DNA from: Hyphomicrobiales bacterium
GTDB taxonomy: Bacteria > Pseudomonadota > Alphaproteobacteria > Rhizobiales > Xanthobacteraceae
Assembly (NCBI GenBank): GCA_003152455.1
Contig: PMAF01000314.1
Span: forward strand, 1-58,049
Length of the DNA stretch: 58,049 nt
Direction of reading: 5' to 3'
Of the stretch, positions 1 to 10,256 are shown one piece after another. Position numbers and translations under genes: made by a program. How positions within the stretch are numbered: the first letter of the stretch is position 1; each line of letters opens with the position of its first letter. The notes below the pieces were generated by a model. It saw nothing but the letters and a program-made list of their open reading frames with translations. It had not been told where the DNA came from and did no database searches.

Positions 1-83
1 ATGCCCGCGGCATCGTCGCCAAAGCGTTCGAAGCGCTCGGCAAGGACGTCAGTGCCGAATCGCTCAGGCTCGGCCTCGCATGA
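1..83 (+). CDS. 3' end of an unidentified upstream gene (partial)
   Basis: Frame 3 reads [26 protein letters not shown] with GC-typical codons and stops 25 nt before the ispH start; identity not recognisable. Confidence 0.45.
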   Translation, partial: ARGIVAKAFEALGKDVSAESLRLGLA

Positions 84-108
84 CCGATCGGATTTGCTGG
101 AGACATCG

Positions 109-1053
109 ATGAGCCAGAAATTGCCCTTGCGGATTATCCTGGCGCAGCCCCGCGGCTTTTGCGCCGGCGTGGTGCGCGCGATCGAGATCGTCGAGCGCGC
201 ACTGCAGAAGTACGGCGCGCCGGTCTATGTGCGCCATGAAATCGTGCACAACAAACACGTGGTCGACAGCCTCAAGGCCAAGGGCGCCCGTTTCGTCGAA
301 ACGGTTTCCGAAATTCCGGAAAACGCGGTGACGATCTTCAGCGCGCACGGCGTCGCTAAAAGCGTCGAGGAGGAAGCGTCGGGGCGCGGGCTTCCCGTGC
401 TCAACGCCACCTGTCCGCTGGTCACCAAGGTCCACAACCAAGGTAAGCGCTATGTCGCGCAAGGCCGCACTCTCATTCTGATCGGTCATTCCGGCCATCC
501 GGAAGTCGAGGGCACGGTTGGACAAATCTCCGGGCCGGTGGTGCTGGTGCAGACCGAGGAAGATGTCGAAAAGCTCGACATCCCGATCGATGCTCCGGTC
601 GCCTACATCACGCAGACCACGCTAAGCGTGGACGACACGCGGGGAATCATCGAAAAGCTTGAGCAGCGCTTCAGCGATATCGTCGGGCCGGAAATGCGGG
701 ATATCTGTTACGCGACACAGAATCGCCAGGCGGCCGTGCGCGAGTTGAGCCGGCAGGTCGACGTTATTCTGGTGGTCGGCGCGAAAAATAGCTCGAACTC
801 CAACCGCCTGCGCGAGATCGGACTGGAGACCGGCATCCCGAGCTATCTGATTGCCGACAGCAGCGAACTGAAGCCGGAATGGGTACAGGACGCGCGCAGC
901 GTGGGCTTGACTGCCGGTGCCTCGGCGCCGGAGGTCTTGGTCGAGGGCGTCATCGATGCCCTGGCCCGCCTTGGTCCCGTCGAAGTTTCGGTCTTGGATG
1001 GCCGCAAGGAAACGATTGAGTTCCGGCTGCCGGCGGAGTTGGCATCCGTCTAA
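109..1053 (+). CDS. ispH: 4-hydroxy-3-methylbut-2-enyl diphosphate reductase (LytB/IspH)
   Basis: [44 protein letters not shown] and TAGASAPE motifs; GGAGA RBS before ATG at 109. Confidence 0.97.
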   Translation: MSQKLPLRIILAQPRGFCAGVVRAIEIVERALQKYGAPVYVRHEIVHNKHVVDSLKAKGARFVETVSEIPENAVTIFSAHGVAKSVEEEASGRGLPVLNATCPLVTKVHNQGKRYVAQGRTLILIGHSGHPEVEGTVGQISGPVVLVQTEEDVEKLDIPIDAPVAYITQTTLSVDDTRGIIEKLEQRFSDIVGPEMRDICYATQNRQAAVRELSRQVDVILVVGAKNSSNSNRLREIGLETGIPSYLIADSSELKPEWVQDARSVGLTAGASAPEVLVEGVIDALARLGPVEVSVLDGRKETIEFRLPAELASV

Positions 1054-1100
1054 CCACATCATTGCGCGGGGCGCGCATTTCGAACGAGAACGATCGCATT

Positions 1101-2279
1101 ATGAAAGTTCCATTTTTCAAGGAAATTCGCATCGGCTCCTACCTCCTCAAGCAGAGGATCATGGGCCGCAAGCGCTATCCGCTCGTTCTGATGCTGGAGC
1201 CGTTGTTCCGCTGCAATCTGGCCTGCATCGGCTGCGGCAAGATCGATTACCCGGATCCGATCCTCAATCAGCGTTTGTCGGTCAAGGACTGCCTGGACGC
1301 GGTCGACGAATGCGGCGCGCCGATGGTGGCAATACCCGGCGGCGAACCGCTCATCCACCGTGAGATCGGCGAGATCGTCAAAGGCATCGTCGCGCGCAAG
1401 AAGTTCGTTTCGCTTTGCACCAACGCGCTGTTGCTCGAGAAAAAACTTCACCTGTTCGAACCGTCGCCCTATTTGTTCTTTTCCGTCCATCTCGACGGAC
1501 TGAAAGAGCATCACGACAAGTCGGTTTCGCAGAAGGGCGTGTTCGACATAGCGGTGCGCGCCGTCAAGGCCGCGAAGGACAAAGGCTTCGCGGTCAACGT
1601 CAACGCGACGATCTTCGACGGCCACGCCGCCGAGGACATCGCGGCATTTCTCGATAAGGCGAAAGAGCTCGGCGTTGGCGTGTCGATCTCGCCCGGCTAT
1701 GCCTATGAGCGGGCGCCCGACCAGGATCACTTCCTCAACCGCCGCAAGACCAAAGAATTATTCCGCCGCGTGTTCGCCTTGGGCAAGGGCAAGAAGTGGG
1801 ACCTGATGCATTCAGGCCTGTTCCTGGACTTCCTCGCCGGCAACCGAGAATTCCACTGCACGCCGTGGGGGATGCCGACGCGCAACCTGTTCGGTTGGCA
1901 GAAGCCCTGCTACCTGCTCGGCGAGGGCTACGCCAAGACCTTCAAGGAGTTGATGGAGACCACCGACTGGGATTCCTACGGGACCGGAAAGTACGAGAAA
2001 TGCGCGAACTGCATGGCCCATTGCGGCTACGAGCCGACCGCGGCGCATGCCTCCATCAGCAATCCGCTGAGCGCGCTTTGGACCGCCTTGCGTGGCATCC
2101 GCACGAGCGGACCGATGGCGCCGGAAATCTCGCTCACGCAGCAGCGGCCGGCGCAGTTCGTCTTTTCCCGCCACGTCGACAAGATGCTGCATGACATTCA
2201 AACGGCCAAGCCCGAGGCCGGAGTCGAGCCCTCCGCCGCCAAGGCCGCCCAGCCGAAGATCACGGCCGCGGCAGGATAG
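1101..2279 (+). CDS. hpnH: Adenosyl-hopene transferase, radical SAM protein
   Basis: LMLEPLFRCNLACIGCGKI (CxxxCxxC), CTPWGMPTRNLFGWQKPCYL, CANCMAHCGYE; hopanoid context; start moved to ATG 1101. Confidence 0.95.
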   Translation: MKVPFFKEIRIGSYLLKQRIMGRKRYPLVLMLEPLFRCNLACIGCGKIDYPDPILNQRLSVKDCLDAVDECGAPMVAIPGGEPLIHREIGEIVKGIVARKKFVSLCTNALLLEKKLHLFEPSPYLFFSVHLDGLKEHHDKSVSQKGVFDIAVRAVKAAKDKGFAVNVNATIFDGHAAEDIAAFLDKAKELGVGVSISPGYAYERAPDQDHFLNRRKTKELFRRVFALGKGKKWDLMHSGLFLDFLAGNREFHCTPWGMPTRNLFGWQKPCYLLGEGYAKTFKELMETTDWDSYGTGKYEKCANCMAHCGYEPTAAHASISNPLSALWTALRGIRTSGPMAPEISLTQQRPAQFVFSRHVDKMLHDIQTAKPEAGVEPSAAKAAQPKITAAAG

Positions 2280-2367
2280 ATTCCGGTCTAATCGCGTTCG
2301 GTCGAACGGCGCACTGCCGCGACTGATTCCTTAATGTGCGTTCGGGCGATTGGATGAGCCACGCTGC

Positions 2368-5103
2368 ATGCTCACATCTGTCATTGTTCGCGTCATCGAC
2401 TTCTGTACGCGCTATGCTTGGGGCGTCGTTGCAGCCGGGTTGGTGCTGGCGTCGGCGTCCGGCATCTATGTCGCGCGCCATTTTGCCATCAACTCGGACA
2501 TCAGCACGCTGCTCTCGTCCGATTTGGGTTGGCGCAAGCGGGAACTTACCTTCGAGCAGGCGTTCCGCCGGTTCCAGCAGATTTTCGTCGTCGTCGAGGC
2601 GCCGACACCGGAGTTGACGGGCGAGGCGACGGCCGCACTGACGCAGGCGCTGGCGAACAATAAGGACCACATCCGCGCGGTGACCCAGCCCGGCGGCGGC
2701 GAGTTTTTTGCCCGCAATGGACTCCTGTTCCAGCCGCCGGAGGAACTCAAGCGTAGCCTTGCGCCCCTCGTTCAGGCGGAGCCGCTCATTAATGATCTCG
2801 CGATCGATCCGAGCTTGCGCGGGCTCGTCAGCGCGCTCGAGGACGGCCTGATCGGGATCCAGTCCAAACGCGTCAAGCTCGACGACTTCACGCGCGTTTT
2901 CAACATGGCCTCCGACACCTTGGAAACGGTCATCAAGGGCCAGCCGGCGAGCTTCTCCTGGCGCGTTCTGGTCGGGGGCCGTCCGGCCCAGCCAAGCGAG
3001 TTGCGCGGCTTCATCGTGGTGCGCCCGGTGCTCGACTACAGCGCGCTGGAGCCCGGCCATGCCGCTACCGACGCCATCCGCCAGGCTGCGGCCGAGATCG
3101 CTCCGAGATTCCAGGCGACCGTCCGACTCACCGGGCCGGTGGCGATGGCGGACGAGGAATTCGCCACCATCAAGGAAGGCGCCATGCGCAACGGTCTCAT
3201 CACCGTCGTCATCGTGCTCATCATCCTGTGGCTGGCGCTGCGCTCGGCGCGGCTGATCTTTGCGGTATTCGTCAACCTGTTCATCGGCCTCGCTTTGACG
3301 GCCGCGCTCGGCCTCCTGATGGTCGGCACATTGAACCTGATCTCGGTCTATTTCGCCGTGCTGTTCGTCGGCATCGGCGTCGATTTCGGGATTCAATACA
3401 GCGTGCGCTACCGCGCGGAGCGCCATAAACACGACGATCTCCGGACCGCCGTGCTGGCGGCCGGCCGGCATGTCGGCGCGCCGCTGACGCTGGCCGCGGG
3501 CGCGACCGCCGCCGGTTTTCTCTCGTTTCTGCCCACCGATTATCGCGGCGTGTCCGAATTGGGCCTGATCGCCGGTTTCGGCATGCTGATCGCTTTCGCA
3601 ACAAGCGTCACGATCCTGCCGGCGTTGATCCGCCTGCTCAAGCCGCCAGGCGAGCCTGAAGAACTCGGGTTTTCCGCGCTGGCGCCGGTCGATAGTTTTC
3701 TTGAGCGCAACCGCATTCCGATCATCGCCGGCACCGCCATCGTGGTGATCGCCGGCCTGCCGCTGCTCTATTGGCTCAGTTTCGACTTCAACCCGATCAA
3801 TTTGCGAGATCCAAAATCGGAATCGATCGCGACCTATCTTGATCTCAGCCGCGACCCCAACACCAATACGAATGCGGTCGAGGTATTGGCGCCCTCGCTC
3901 AGCGATGGCCGCGCCATTGCCGACCGTCTGTCGAAGCTGCCGGAGGTGTCGCGAGCGATGACACTCGCGAGCTTTATCCCCGACGGCCAGCAGGAGAAAT
4001 TGCCGCTCATTCGCGACGCGGCCAAGACGCTTGGCGATGCCTTCGATCCGAAGAACGCGATGGCGCCACCGACGGATTCGGAAAACGTCGACGCGCTGAA
4101 GGAGGGCGCCGGCCGGCTTATCGAAGCGGCCGGCAATCAAAGCGGCTCCGGCGCGGGCGCGGCCAAGCGGCTGGCCGCGGCGCTCACGTCGATCGCCAAC
4201 GGGAGCCAAGAGTTGCGTGCGAAGGCCGAGACCGCGTTCGTGCAGCCGCTGAAGACGGTCTTGGGCGGTCTGCAGGCGTCGCTTCATGCGGAGACGGTGA
4301 CGCAAAAATCCTTGCCGCCTACTCTCGTTCACGACTGGATGACCGACGACGGCCGCGCGCGGGTGGAGATAGCGCCCAAGGGCGATCCTGGCGACAACGT
4401 GGCAATGCGCCAGTTTGCGCGTGCGGTGCTGGTGGTCGAGCCGAACGCGGTCGAAGGGCCGATCTCGATCCTGGATGCAGGCGAAACGATTGTGCGCGCC
4501 TTTATCGAGGCCGGACTGTGGGCGCTGCTGTCGATCGGTATCCTGTTGTGGCTGGTATTGCGGCGGATCGGCGACGTTCTGCTGACGCTCATACCGCTGA
4601 TGTTGGCCGGCGTCGTGACGCTGGAAATCTGCGTCTTGATCGGTCTTCCGCTCAATTTCGCCAATATTATCGCGCTGCCGCTGCTGCTCGGCGTCGGCGT
4701 CGCGTTCAAGATTTATTACATCATGGCATGGCGCGAGGGACAGACGAACCTCTTGCAGACGAGCCTCACTCGTGCCGTATTTTTCAGCGCACTCACTACC
4801 GCCACCGCGTTCGGCAGCTTGTGGTTCTCCAGTCATCCTGGAACCGCCAGCATGGGTAAGTTGTTAGCCCTGTCGCTGATGTGCACGCTGGCTGCGGCGG
4901 TCTTGTTCCAGCCGGTCCTGATGGGCAAGCCGCGCGATGACGAGTTGGCGAAAAATGAGCCGAATGAACTTGCGCCAAGTGACGGTCTGCCAAGTGACGG
5001 TATGGCAAGTGACGGCGTGCTAGTCGACGCTAAATCGACAGATAGAAAGCAACATAACAAGCGACGCAAAGGCAAGTCACGCAAAGTCGCGCCAAAATCG
5101 TGA
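2368..5103 (+). CDS. hpnN: MMPL/RND-family hopanoid transporter
   Basis: Two membrane modules with LFVGIGVDFGI and LLLGVGVAFKIY motifs separated by large periplasmic loops; follows hpnH. Confidence 0.9.
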   Translation: MLTSVIVRVIDFCTRYAWGVVAAGLVLASASGIYVARHFAINSDISTLLSSDLGWRKRELTFEQAFRRFQQIFVVVEAPTPELTGEATAALTQALANNKDHIRAVTQPGGGEFFARNGLLFQPPEELKRSLAPLVQAEPLINDLAIDPSLRGLVSALEDGLIGIQSKRVKLDDFTRVFNMASDTLETVIKGQPASFSWRVLVGGRPAQPSELRGFIVVRPVLDYSALEPGHAATDAIRQAAAEIAPRFQATVRLTGPVAMADEEFATIKEGAMRNGLITVVIVLIILWLALRSARLIFAVFVNLFIGLALTAALGLLMVGTLNLISVYFAVLFVGIGVDFGIQYSVRYRAERHKHDDLRTAVLAAGRHVGAPLTLAAGATAAGFLSFLPTDYRGVSELGLIAGFGMLIAFATSVTILPALIRLLKPPGEPEELGFSALAPVDSFLERNRIPIIAGTAIVVIAGLPLLYWLSFDFNPINLRDPKSESIATYLDLSRDPNTNTNAVEVLAPSLSDGRAIADRLSKLPEVSRAMTLASFIPDGQQEKLPLIRDAAKTLGDAFDPKNAMAPPTDSENVDALKEGAGRLIEAAGNQSGSGAGAAKRLAAALTSIANGSQELRAKAETAFVQPLKTVLGGLQASLHAETVTQKSLPPTLVHDWMTDDGRARVEIAPKGDPGDNVAMRQFARAVLVVEPNAVEGPISILDAGETIVRAFIEAGLWALLSIGILLWLVLRRIGDVLLTLIPLMLAGVVTLEICVLIGLPLNFANIIALPLLLGVGVAFKIYYIMAWREGQTNLLQTSLTRAVFFSALTTATAFGSLWFSSHPGTASMGKLLALSLMCTLAAAVLFQPVLMGKPRDDELAKNEPNELAPSDGLPSDGMASDGVLVDAKSTDRKQHNKRRKGKSRKVAPKS
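4972..5031 (+). repeat. Degenerate 15-bp tandem repeat (about 4 units) in the hpnN 3' end
   Basis: gcgccaagtgacggt / ctgccaagtgacggt / atggcaagtgacggc / gtgctagtcgacgct encoding APSDG-LPSDG-MASDG-VLVDA. Confidence 0.85.
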
Positions 5104-5165
5104 CAGAGGGACGCTCGCCGCCGTGCTCCCGCACGGACGGCCAATGAACTCAAGGAGAACAGACG

Positions 5166-5390
5166 ATGATCCGTAAACTTGTGCTGATGACCATCTTGGC
5201 TGTCGCCTCGTCGGCGTCATTCGCGTCCAGTGGCACGCCTCAGGAACAGGCTGCGTGCCGCCCTGACGTGCGCCGGTTTTGCCATACCGTGGCTGGGTCG
5301 GGCGACAGCGCCGTTCTCGCCTGCCTGCAGGAACACCGCGTAAAACTCCGCCGCGTTTGCCGCCAGGTTCTGGAGAGTCACGGGCAATAA
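5166..5390 (+). CDS. Small secreted cysteine-rich repeat protein
   Basis: AAGGAGA RBS, signal peptide, four Cys in ACRPDVRRFC...LACLQEH...VCRQ pattern. Confidence 0.8.
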   Translation: MIRKLVLMTILAVASSASFASSGTPQEQAACRPDVRRFCHTVAGSGDSAVLACLQEHRVKLRRVCRQVLESHGQ

Positions 5391-5564
5391 TGGAACCTCG
5401 CGAATGCTTGCGAGATGTTCAAGAGATGCAAAATTGTTAAGCAATCAAACGTCCGCAACTTATGCTAACGAACGAGAAATGCGTTCGTTTAATTCCGTGA
5501 AAAGAACACATTGCCGAAACATGTACAGGGCGTGCTTTCCCTGCGGCAATTTTGGTGCTGCGCT

Positions 5565-6161
5565 ATGAAGTTGAGGATCCTCACGCTGATCGTTGCCAGT
5601 CTGATGGCCGGGCTGGCCTATGGCGTCCCGCTGAGCGGGGGCGAGCCCACCGCCGCTGGCATGTGGGCGCAGGTGGACGAGAACGGCCGTGTCGGCGGCT
5701 GGTTTCTGATCTTCGAGAATAATGGCGTTTACGAAGGCGCCATCGCCAAGATGTTCCTTAAGCCCGGCGAAGACCCCAACCCGATCTGCACGCATTGCAC
5801 TGGTGACCAGAAGAATGCGCCGTCGCTCGGCCTCACCATCATCAAAGGCATGCAGCGCACCGGATTGGTTTACCAGAACGGCAGCATCCTCGATCCCCGG
5901 GATGGCTCGGTCTACCATGCCAAAATGACGCTGAGCCCGGATGGCCAGCAGCTCACTCTGCGCGGCTATCTCGGCATCGAATTGTTCGGTCAGAACCAGA
6001 TATGGCAGCGGCTGCCCGATGACGTGATGCCGCCGGACCAGATGCCGCAAAATCTGGTGCCGTATTGGCTCGCGCAGCGGAGTTCGTCCGACGGCATGAC
6101 GACCAGAGGCATGGGGCCTCCGCGAACCGGAAGCGTAAGGGCATCCCAGCCGCCCCGGTGA
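5565..6161 (+). CDS. DUF2147 family exported protein
   Basis: Signal peptide, GMW, CTHCTGDQKNAPSLGLTIIKGM, GSILDPRDGSVY, LRGYLGIELFGQNQIWQR. Confidence 0.85.
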   Translation: MKLRILTLIVASLMAGLAYGVPLSGGEPTAAGMWAQVDENGRVGGWFLIFENNGVYEGAIAKMFLKPGEDPNPICTHCTGDQKNAPSLGLTIIKGMQRTGLVYQNGSILDPRDGSVYHAKMTLSPDGQQLTLRGYLGIELFGQNQIWQRLPDDVMPPDQMPQNLVPYWLAQRSSSDGMTTRGMGPPRTGSVRASQPPR

Positions 6162-6186
6162 CCGAACCAGGGCCTTCGGCAGCGTG

Positions 6187-8154
6187 TCACATGCCGAATG
6201 TTGTGGCGCGGCCCTGCATGAGGTTCCGGTAGCGCGCCAGCGCCCACAGCGGAAAGAACTTCGCATAGCCGTGATAGCGCAAATAGAACACGCGCGGGAA
6301 CCCGGTCGCGGTGTAGCGCTCCTCCGCCCATAGCCCGTCGGAGCCTTGCGTGCGCTGAAGATAGTCGATGCCGCGCTTGACCGCAGGGGACTCGGCCGCG
6401 CCCGCCGCCATCAGCCCGATCAGCGCCCAGGCGGTCTGCGAGGCGGTGCTCGGAGCGCGCTCGTAGCCGTGGTAGTCGAGCTTGTAGCTGGTGCCGTCCT
6501 CGCCCCAGCCGCCATCGGCATTCTGGATGGACACGAGCCAGTCGGCCGCTTTGCGCATGACTGGGGCAGCAGGATCGAGCCCGGCGGCGTTGAGACAGCA
6601 CAGCACCGACCAGGTTCCGTAGATGTAATTCATGCCCCAGCGGCCATACCAGCCGCCGTCGGCGAGCTGGGTGCGGCTGAGATAGTCTAGTCCACGCTGC
6701 AGCGCCGGGCTCCGTTCGCCGAACTGCGCCAGCATCGAGACGCAGCGTGCCGTGACATCCTCCGTCGGCGGATCGAGCAGCGCGCCGTGGTCGGCGAATG
6801 GGATGTTGTTCAGGTAGTAGAACTCGTTGTCGGCATCGAATGCACCCCAGGCGCCGTTATCGCTCTGCATGCCGATGATCCATTCGCGCGCGCGTTCGAG
6901 CGCCGCGCGAAAATCCCGACCGCCCGACTCTTTCTGAACGCGGTCCATGGCCATGGCGACGACGGCCGTATCGTCGACGTCGGGATAGTGCGGATTGGCA
7001 TATTGGAATGCCCAGCCGCCGGGGCGCAGATTGGGCCGCCGCGCAATCCAGTCGCCGCGCACATCGAGAACCTGCGTCGGCGTCAGCCAGTCGAGGCCCT
7101 GCTTGACCTGCGCGACCGCGCGCTTGCCGCCGGCTTCAAGCAAAGCGTGGCAGGCAAGCCCGGTGTCCCAGATCGGCGAGACGCAAGGTTGGCAATAGGC
7201 TTCGTGCTCGTGCACGACCAGGAGCTTCTCCACCGACGCGCGCGCAATGGCGCGCTGCGGGTGGCTTTCCGGAAATCCGAGCACGTCGAACATCATCACG
7301 CTGTTCGCCATCGCCGGAAAAATTCCGCCGAGCCCGTCTTCGCCGTTGAGGCGCTCGCCGACCCACGCAACGGCACGATCGATCGCGCGCTGATGCGAGG
7401 GTAGCCGCCGCAACAGCAGCGGCTCAATCACACGCAACACAATGTCGACGCCGCGGAAGATCCAGAACCAGGACGCTTTCTGCTGCGGCGCCTTCGGCGT
7501 CGGGCCGAGGTTCTCCGGTGATCCAAGAAAAAGCTCGTCGACGCGCACGCCTTTCGCGTTGCGCGCAACCGGCCGCTTCGCCATCAGCACCAGCAGCGGC
7601 ACGATGACGGTACGGCTCCAGTACGAAATCTTGTCGAGATGGAACGGAAACCATTTCGGCAGCAACATGATCTCGATCGGCATCATCGGAACAGCGCGCC
7701 AGGGAATGAACCCGAACAGAGCGAGCATGATGCGCGTGAACACATTCGCGCGTTCGGCGCCGCCGCGCGCACGCACCGCCTCACGCGCGCGGCGCATATG
7801 CGGGGCGTCGATGTCGTCGCCGATCATCTTGAGCGCGAAATAGGCCTTCACGGTCGCGCTGACGTCGAGATCGCCGTCGCGGAATAGCGGCCAGCCGCCA
7901 TGCGCGCCCTGGATGCGGCGCAGATAGGCCGCGATTTTCGCCTCCAGGCTCGCGTTCACCGATTCGCCGAGATAGTGCCGCAGCAGTACGTACTCGGCCG
8001 GAATGGTGGCGTCGGCCTCAAGCTCGAACACCCAATGACCGTCGGGACGCTGACGCGCCAGCAGCGCATCGGTCGCCGCGGCGATCGCGCGCTCGAGCGT
8101 GGAAGCTGCCGCCGTCGACTTGCTGTCGGTCAGATCGTTCAAGGTGTCAGACAT
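6187..8154 (-). CDS. shc: Squalene-hopene cyclase
   Basis: YPDVDDTAVV (DxDD), QW repeats (QRPDGHW, QSDNGAW, QLADGGW, QNADGGW), TGFPRVFYLRY. Confidence 0.98.
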   Translation of the reverse strand: MSDTLNDLTDSKSTAAASTLERAIAAATDALLARQRPDGHWVFELEADATIPAEYVLLRHYLGESVNASLEAKIAAYLRRIQGAHGGWPLFRDGDLDVSATVKAYFALKMIGDDIDAPHMRRAREAVRARGGAERANVFTRIMLALFGFIPWRAVPMMPIEIMLLPKWFPFHLDKISYWSRTVIVPLLVLMAKRPVARNAKGVRVDELFLGSPENLGPTPKAPQQKASWFWIFRGVDIVLRVIEPLLLRRLPSHQRAIDRAVAWVGERLNGEDGLGGIFPAMANSVMMFDVLGFPESHPQRAIARASVEKLLVVHEHEAYCQPCVSPIWDTGLACHALLEAGGKRAVAQVKQGLDWLTPTQVLDVRGDWIARRPNLRPGGWAFQYANPHYPDVDDTAVVAMAMDRVQKESGGRDFRAALERAREWIIGMQSDNGAWGAFDADNEFYYLNNIPFADHGALLDPPTEDVTARCVSMLAQFGERSPALQRGLDYLSRTQLADGGWYGRWGMNYIYGTWSVLCCLNAAGLDPAAPVMRKAADWLVSIQNADGGWGEDGTSYKLDYHGYERAPSTASQTAWALIGLMAAGAAESPAVKRGIDYLQRTQGSDGLWAEERYTATGFPRVFYLRYHGYAKFFPLWALARYRNLMQGRATTFGM

Positions 8155-8166
8155 CGCGCCTATCGT

Positions 8167-9414
8167 TCAAGTCATTGTTCCGATCAAACCGGCCGCCCGG
8201 TTGCCGGAGCGGATCGCGCCCTCGATCGTCGCCGGCAGGCCCGTCGCCGTCCAATCGCCGGCGAGCAGGAGATTGTTCCAGCGCGTCCGCGGCTCGGGGC
8301 GTTTGGCGTCCTCACGCGGCAATGCCGCGAAGGTCGCCCGCCGCTCCCGCACGATTTGCCACGGGGGCAGGGGGCCTGCAATGCCCGCAACCTCGGCGAC
8401 CTCCCGCCAAATCAGGGCTGCGAGCTCCTCGCGCGGCGTATCGAGCAGGCGATCTGCGCCGCTGATTGTGACCGAAAGACGGTCGGGAAAAGCGAACAGC
8501 CACTCCGCCGTGCCGTTGATAATGCCGGTCATGGGCGCGAGCCCGGCGGGCGGTGTGAGGCGGAAATGGGCGTTGACGATGGCGCGAAATTCGGTCGGCA
8601 CTGTCAGGTCCGGGACAAGCGATGCCGCCACCACCGGCGGCACCGCCAGCACGACGGCGTCGCCGGGCTGCAGCGGTGTTGAGACGTCGCCGAAATCGAG
8701 CGCCGTCACGTGCCCCGGCCCGAAAGCGAAGGCCCGCAAGCGCTGGCCGAAGACGACGGTGCCGCCGTTCGCTTCGACGAACCGCAGCGCCGGCTCGACG
8801 AAGGCTGCCGAGAGGCCGTCGCGCGCGAACAGCGGACGATAGCTGCGCCCGCCGGCCGCCAGCGTCTCGCGGATCACCGCGGCGGCGAGGCTCGCCGAAC
8901 TCGCCGGCGGCTCGGAGTTGAGCGCGGCCAACAAAAGCGGCCCGAGCAGCCGCTCATAAAGCGGACCCTTGCAATCGAGCACCTCGCCGATGGTCGCGCC
9001 CGGCGCGGCGCGCAGCAGGCCCAGCACCGACAAATAATCGCGCGCGCGCGTCCCCGGCACGCGCCGATGGCGGTCGAAGAGCCACCACGGGATGCGGCCA
9101 TCATTGGCGCGCAGGGTCCAGCGCTCATGGCTGGCAAGATCGATGAAGGGAAAACTCGCGCTCGAAGGCCCGGCCAGACGGTCGCTCGCGCCAATCGTGG
9201 CGAGGTAGCCGAGCGCCGCCCGGTTTCCGGACAGCAGGAGATGATTGCCGTTATCGATCGTGATCCCGAGCGCCGGGTCGTGATAGGAGCGGCAGCGCCC
9301 GCCTGCCTGGTTGGTCGCCTCGTAGACCGTGGCGCGTACGCCCTGTGTGGCCAGCCGCACCGCGGTGGCAAGGCCGGCGAGACCGGCACCGATGATGTGG
9401 AATGAGCGCGTCAT
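8167..9414 (-). CDS. hpnE: Hydroxysqualene dehydroxylase (FAD-dependent)
   Basis: HIIGAGLAGLA Rossmann motif, AGGRCRSY, DNGNHLLL, LAGDWTATGLPATIEGAI; ATG overlaps the hpnD stop. Confidence 0.95.
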   Translation of the reverse strand: MTRSFHIIGAGLAGLATAVRLATQGVRATVYEATNQAGGRCRSYHDPALGITIDNGNHLLLSGNRAALGYLATIGASDRLAGPSSASFPFIDLASHERWTLRANDGRIPWWLFDRHRRVPGTRARDYLSVLGLLRAAPGATIGEVLDCKGPLYERLLGPLLLAALNSEPPASSASLAAAVIRETLAAGGRSYRPLFARDGLSAAFVEPALRFVEANGGTVVFGQRLRAFAFGPGHVTALDFGDVSTPLQPGDAVVLAVPPVVAASLVPDLTVPTEFRAIVNAHFRLTPPAGLAPMTGIINGTAEWLFAFPDRLSVTISGADRLLDTPREELAALIWREVAEVAGIAGPLPPWQIVRERRATFAALPREDAKRPEPRTRWNNLLLAGDWTATGLPATIEGAIRSGNRAAGLIGTMT

Positions 9415-10256
9415 CACAGGATCGCGTGGCGCAGGAATATCCAGAGAAATTGCGAGCGCCGCAGCCGTACAGGCTGGCGCGGCGGCTGCCATCCGCGCGC
9501 CATCAGCCGGTTAAGGATCATGCGGTAGGCGATCGCCATGACGCGCGGCGTCCGCACCGTGCGGCGCGGGCATTTCGCCATGATGGCGTTGGCTTCCGCG
9601 AAGTGGCGCTCGGCGCGCGCGGCGATTGGCGCGCAAGCCTGGCCGATCGTCGAACTGGCGAGCGCCGCCGCGGGATTATCGGTCGTCGTTATGCCGGCGT
9701 CGGCGAGCGCTTCGCGCGGCAGATAGAGCCGGCCGATGGCAGCGTCTTCGTCGAGGTCGCGCAGGATATTCGTGATCTGCAGCGCGCGGCCCAGATGATG
9801 CGCGAGCGCAAGCCCAGCCTGCGTCTCCATTCCGAACACGCGAACGCTCAGCCGGCCGACCGCGCTGGCGACGCGGTCGCAATAAACGTCGAAGGTCGAG
9901 AGCGTGGGCGCGCGGATGTCGGCCACGACGTCCATCTCCATGCCGTCGATGATGGCAAGGAAATCCTCGCGCTGCAGATCGAAGTCGCGCACGACGCTGG
10001 CCAGCCCGCGTAAGTGCGGCGGCGGCGTGCCGCCATAGAGCGCATCGATGTCGTTACGCCAGTGTTGCAATTGATCGAGCCGCACATCGCGCGGGCCGGC
10101 TTCGTCGGCGATGTCATCGACCTTGCGGCAGAACGAATAGATCTCGAACATCGCCTCGCGCTGCACTTTCGGCATGATGCGCATGGCCAGATAGAACGAG
10201 CTGCCGCTGGCGCGCTGTTCGGCTTCGGCCGCGGGTTCGTCGGTCACGGCGCTCAC
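9414..10256 (-). CDS. hpnD: Presqualene diphosphate synthase
   Basis: SGSSFYLAM, FCRKVDDIAD, YCDRVASAVG, LQITNILRDLDED; GTG start overlaps the hpnC TGA. Confidence 0.95.
   Translation of the reverse strand: MSAVTDEPAAEAEQRASGSSFYLAMRIMPKVQREAMFEIYSFCRKVDDIADEAGPRDVRLDQLQHWRNDIDALYGGTPPPHLRGLASVVRDFDLQREDFLAIIDGMEMDVVADIRAPTLSTFDVYCDRVASAVGRLSVRVFGMETQAGLALAHHLGRALQITNILRDLDEDAAIGRLYLPREALADAGITTTDNPAAALASSTIGQACAPIAARAERHFAEANAIMAKCPRRTVRTPRVMAIAYRMILNRLMARGWQPPRQPVRLRRSQFLWIFLRHAIL

Noticed and set aside
1-108. N-terminal extension of ispH in the ORF track
   Set aside because: Low-complexity; a real gene end occupies frame 3, and the RBS plus homology start at ATG 109.
2260-4836. 858-aa antisense ORF over hpnN, and similar long antisense ORFs (e.g. 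48653-50029, 51450-53522, 36662-38632)
   Set aside because: Shadow ORFs expected opposite real genes in high-GC DNA; no motifs or RBS.
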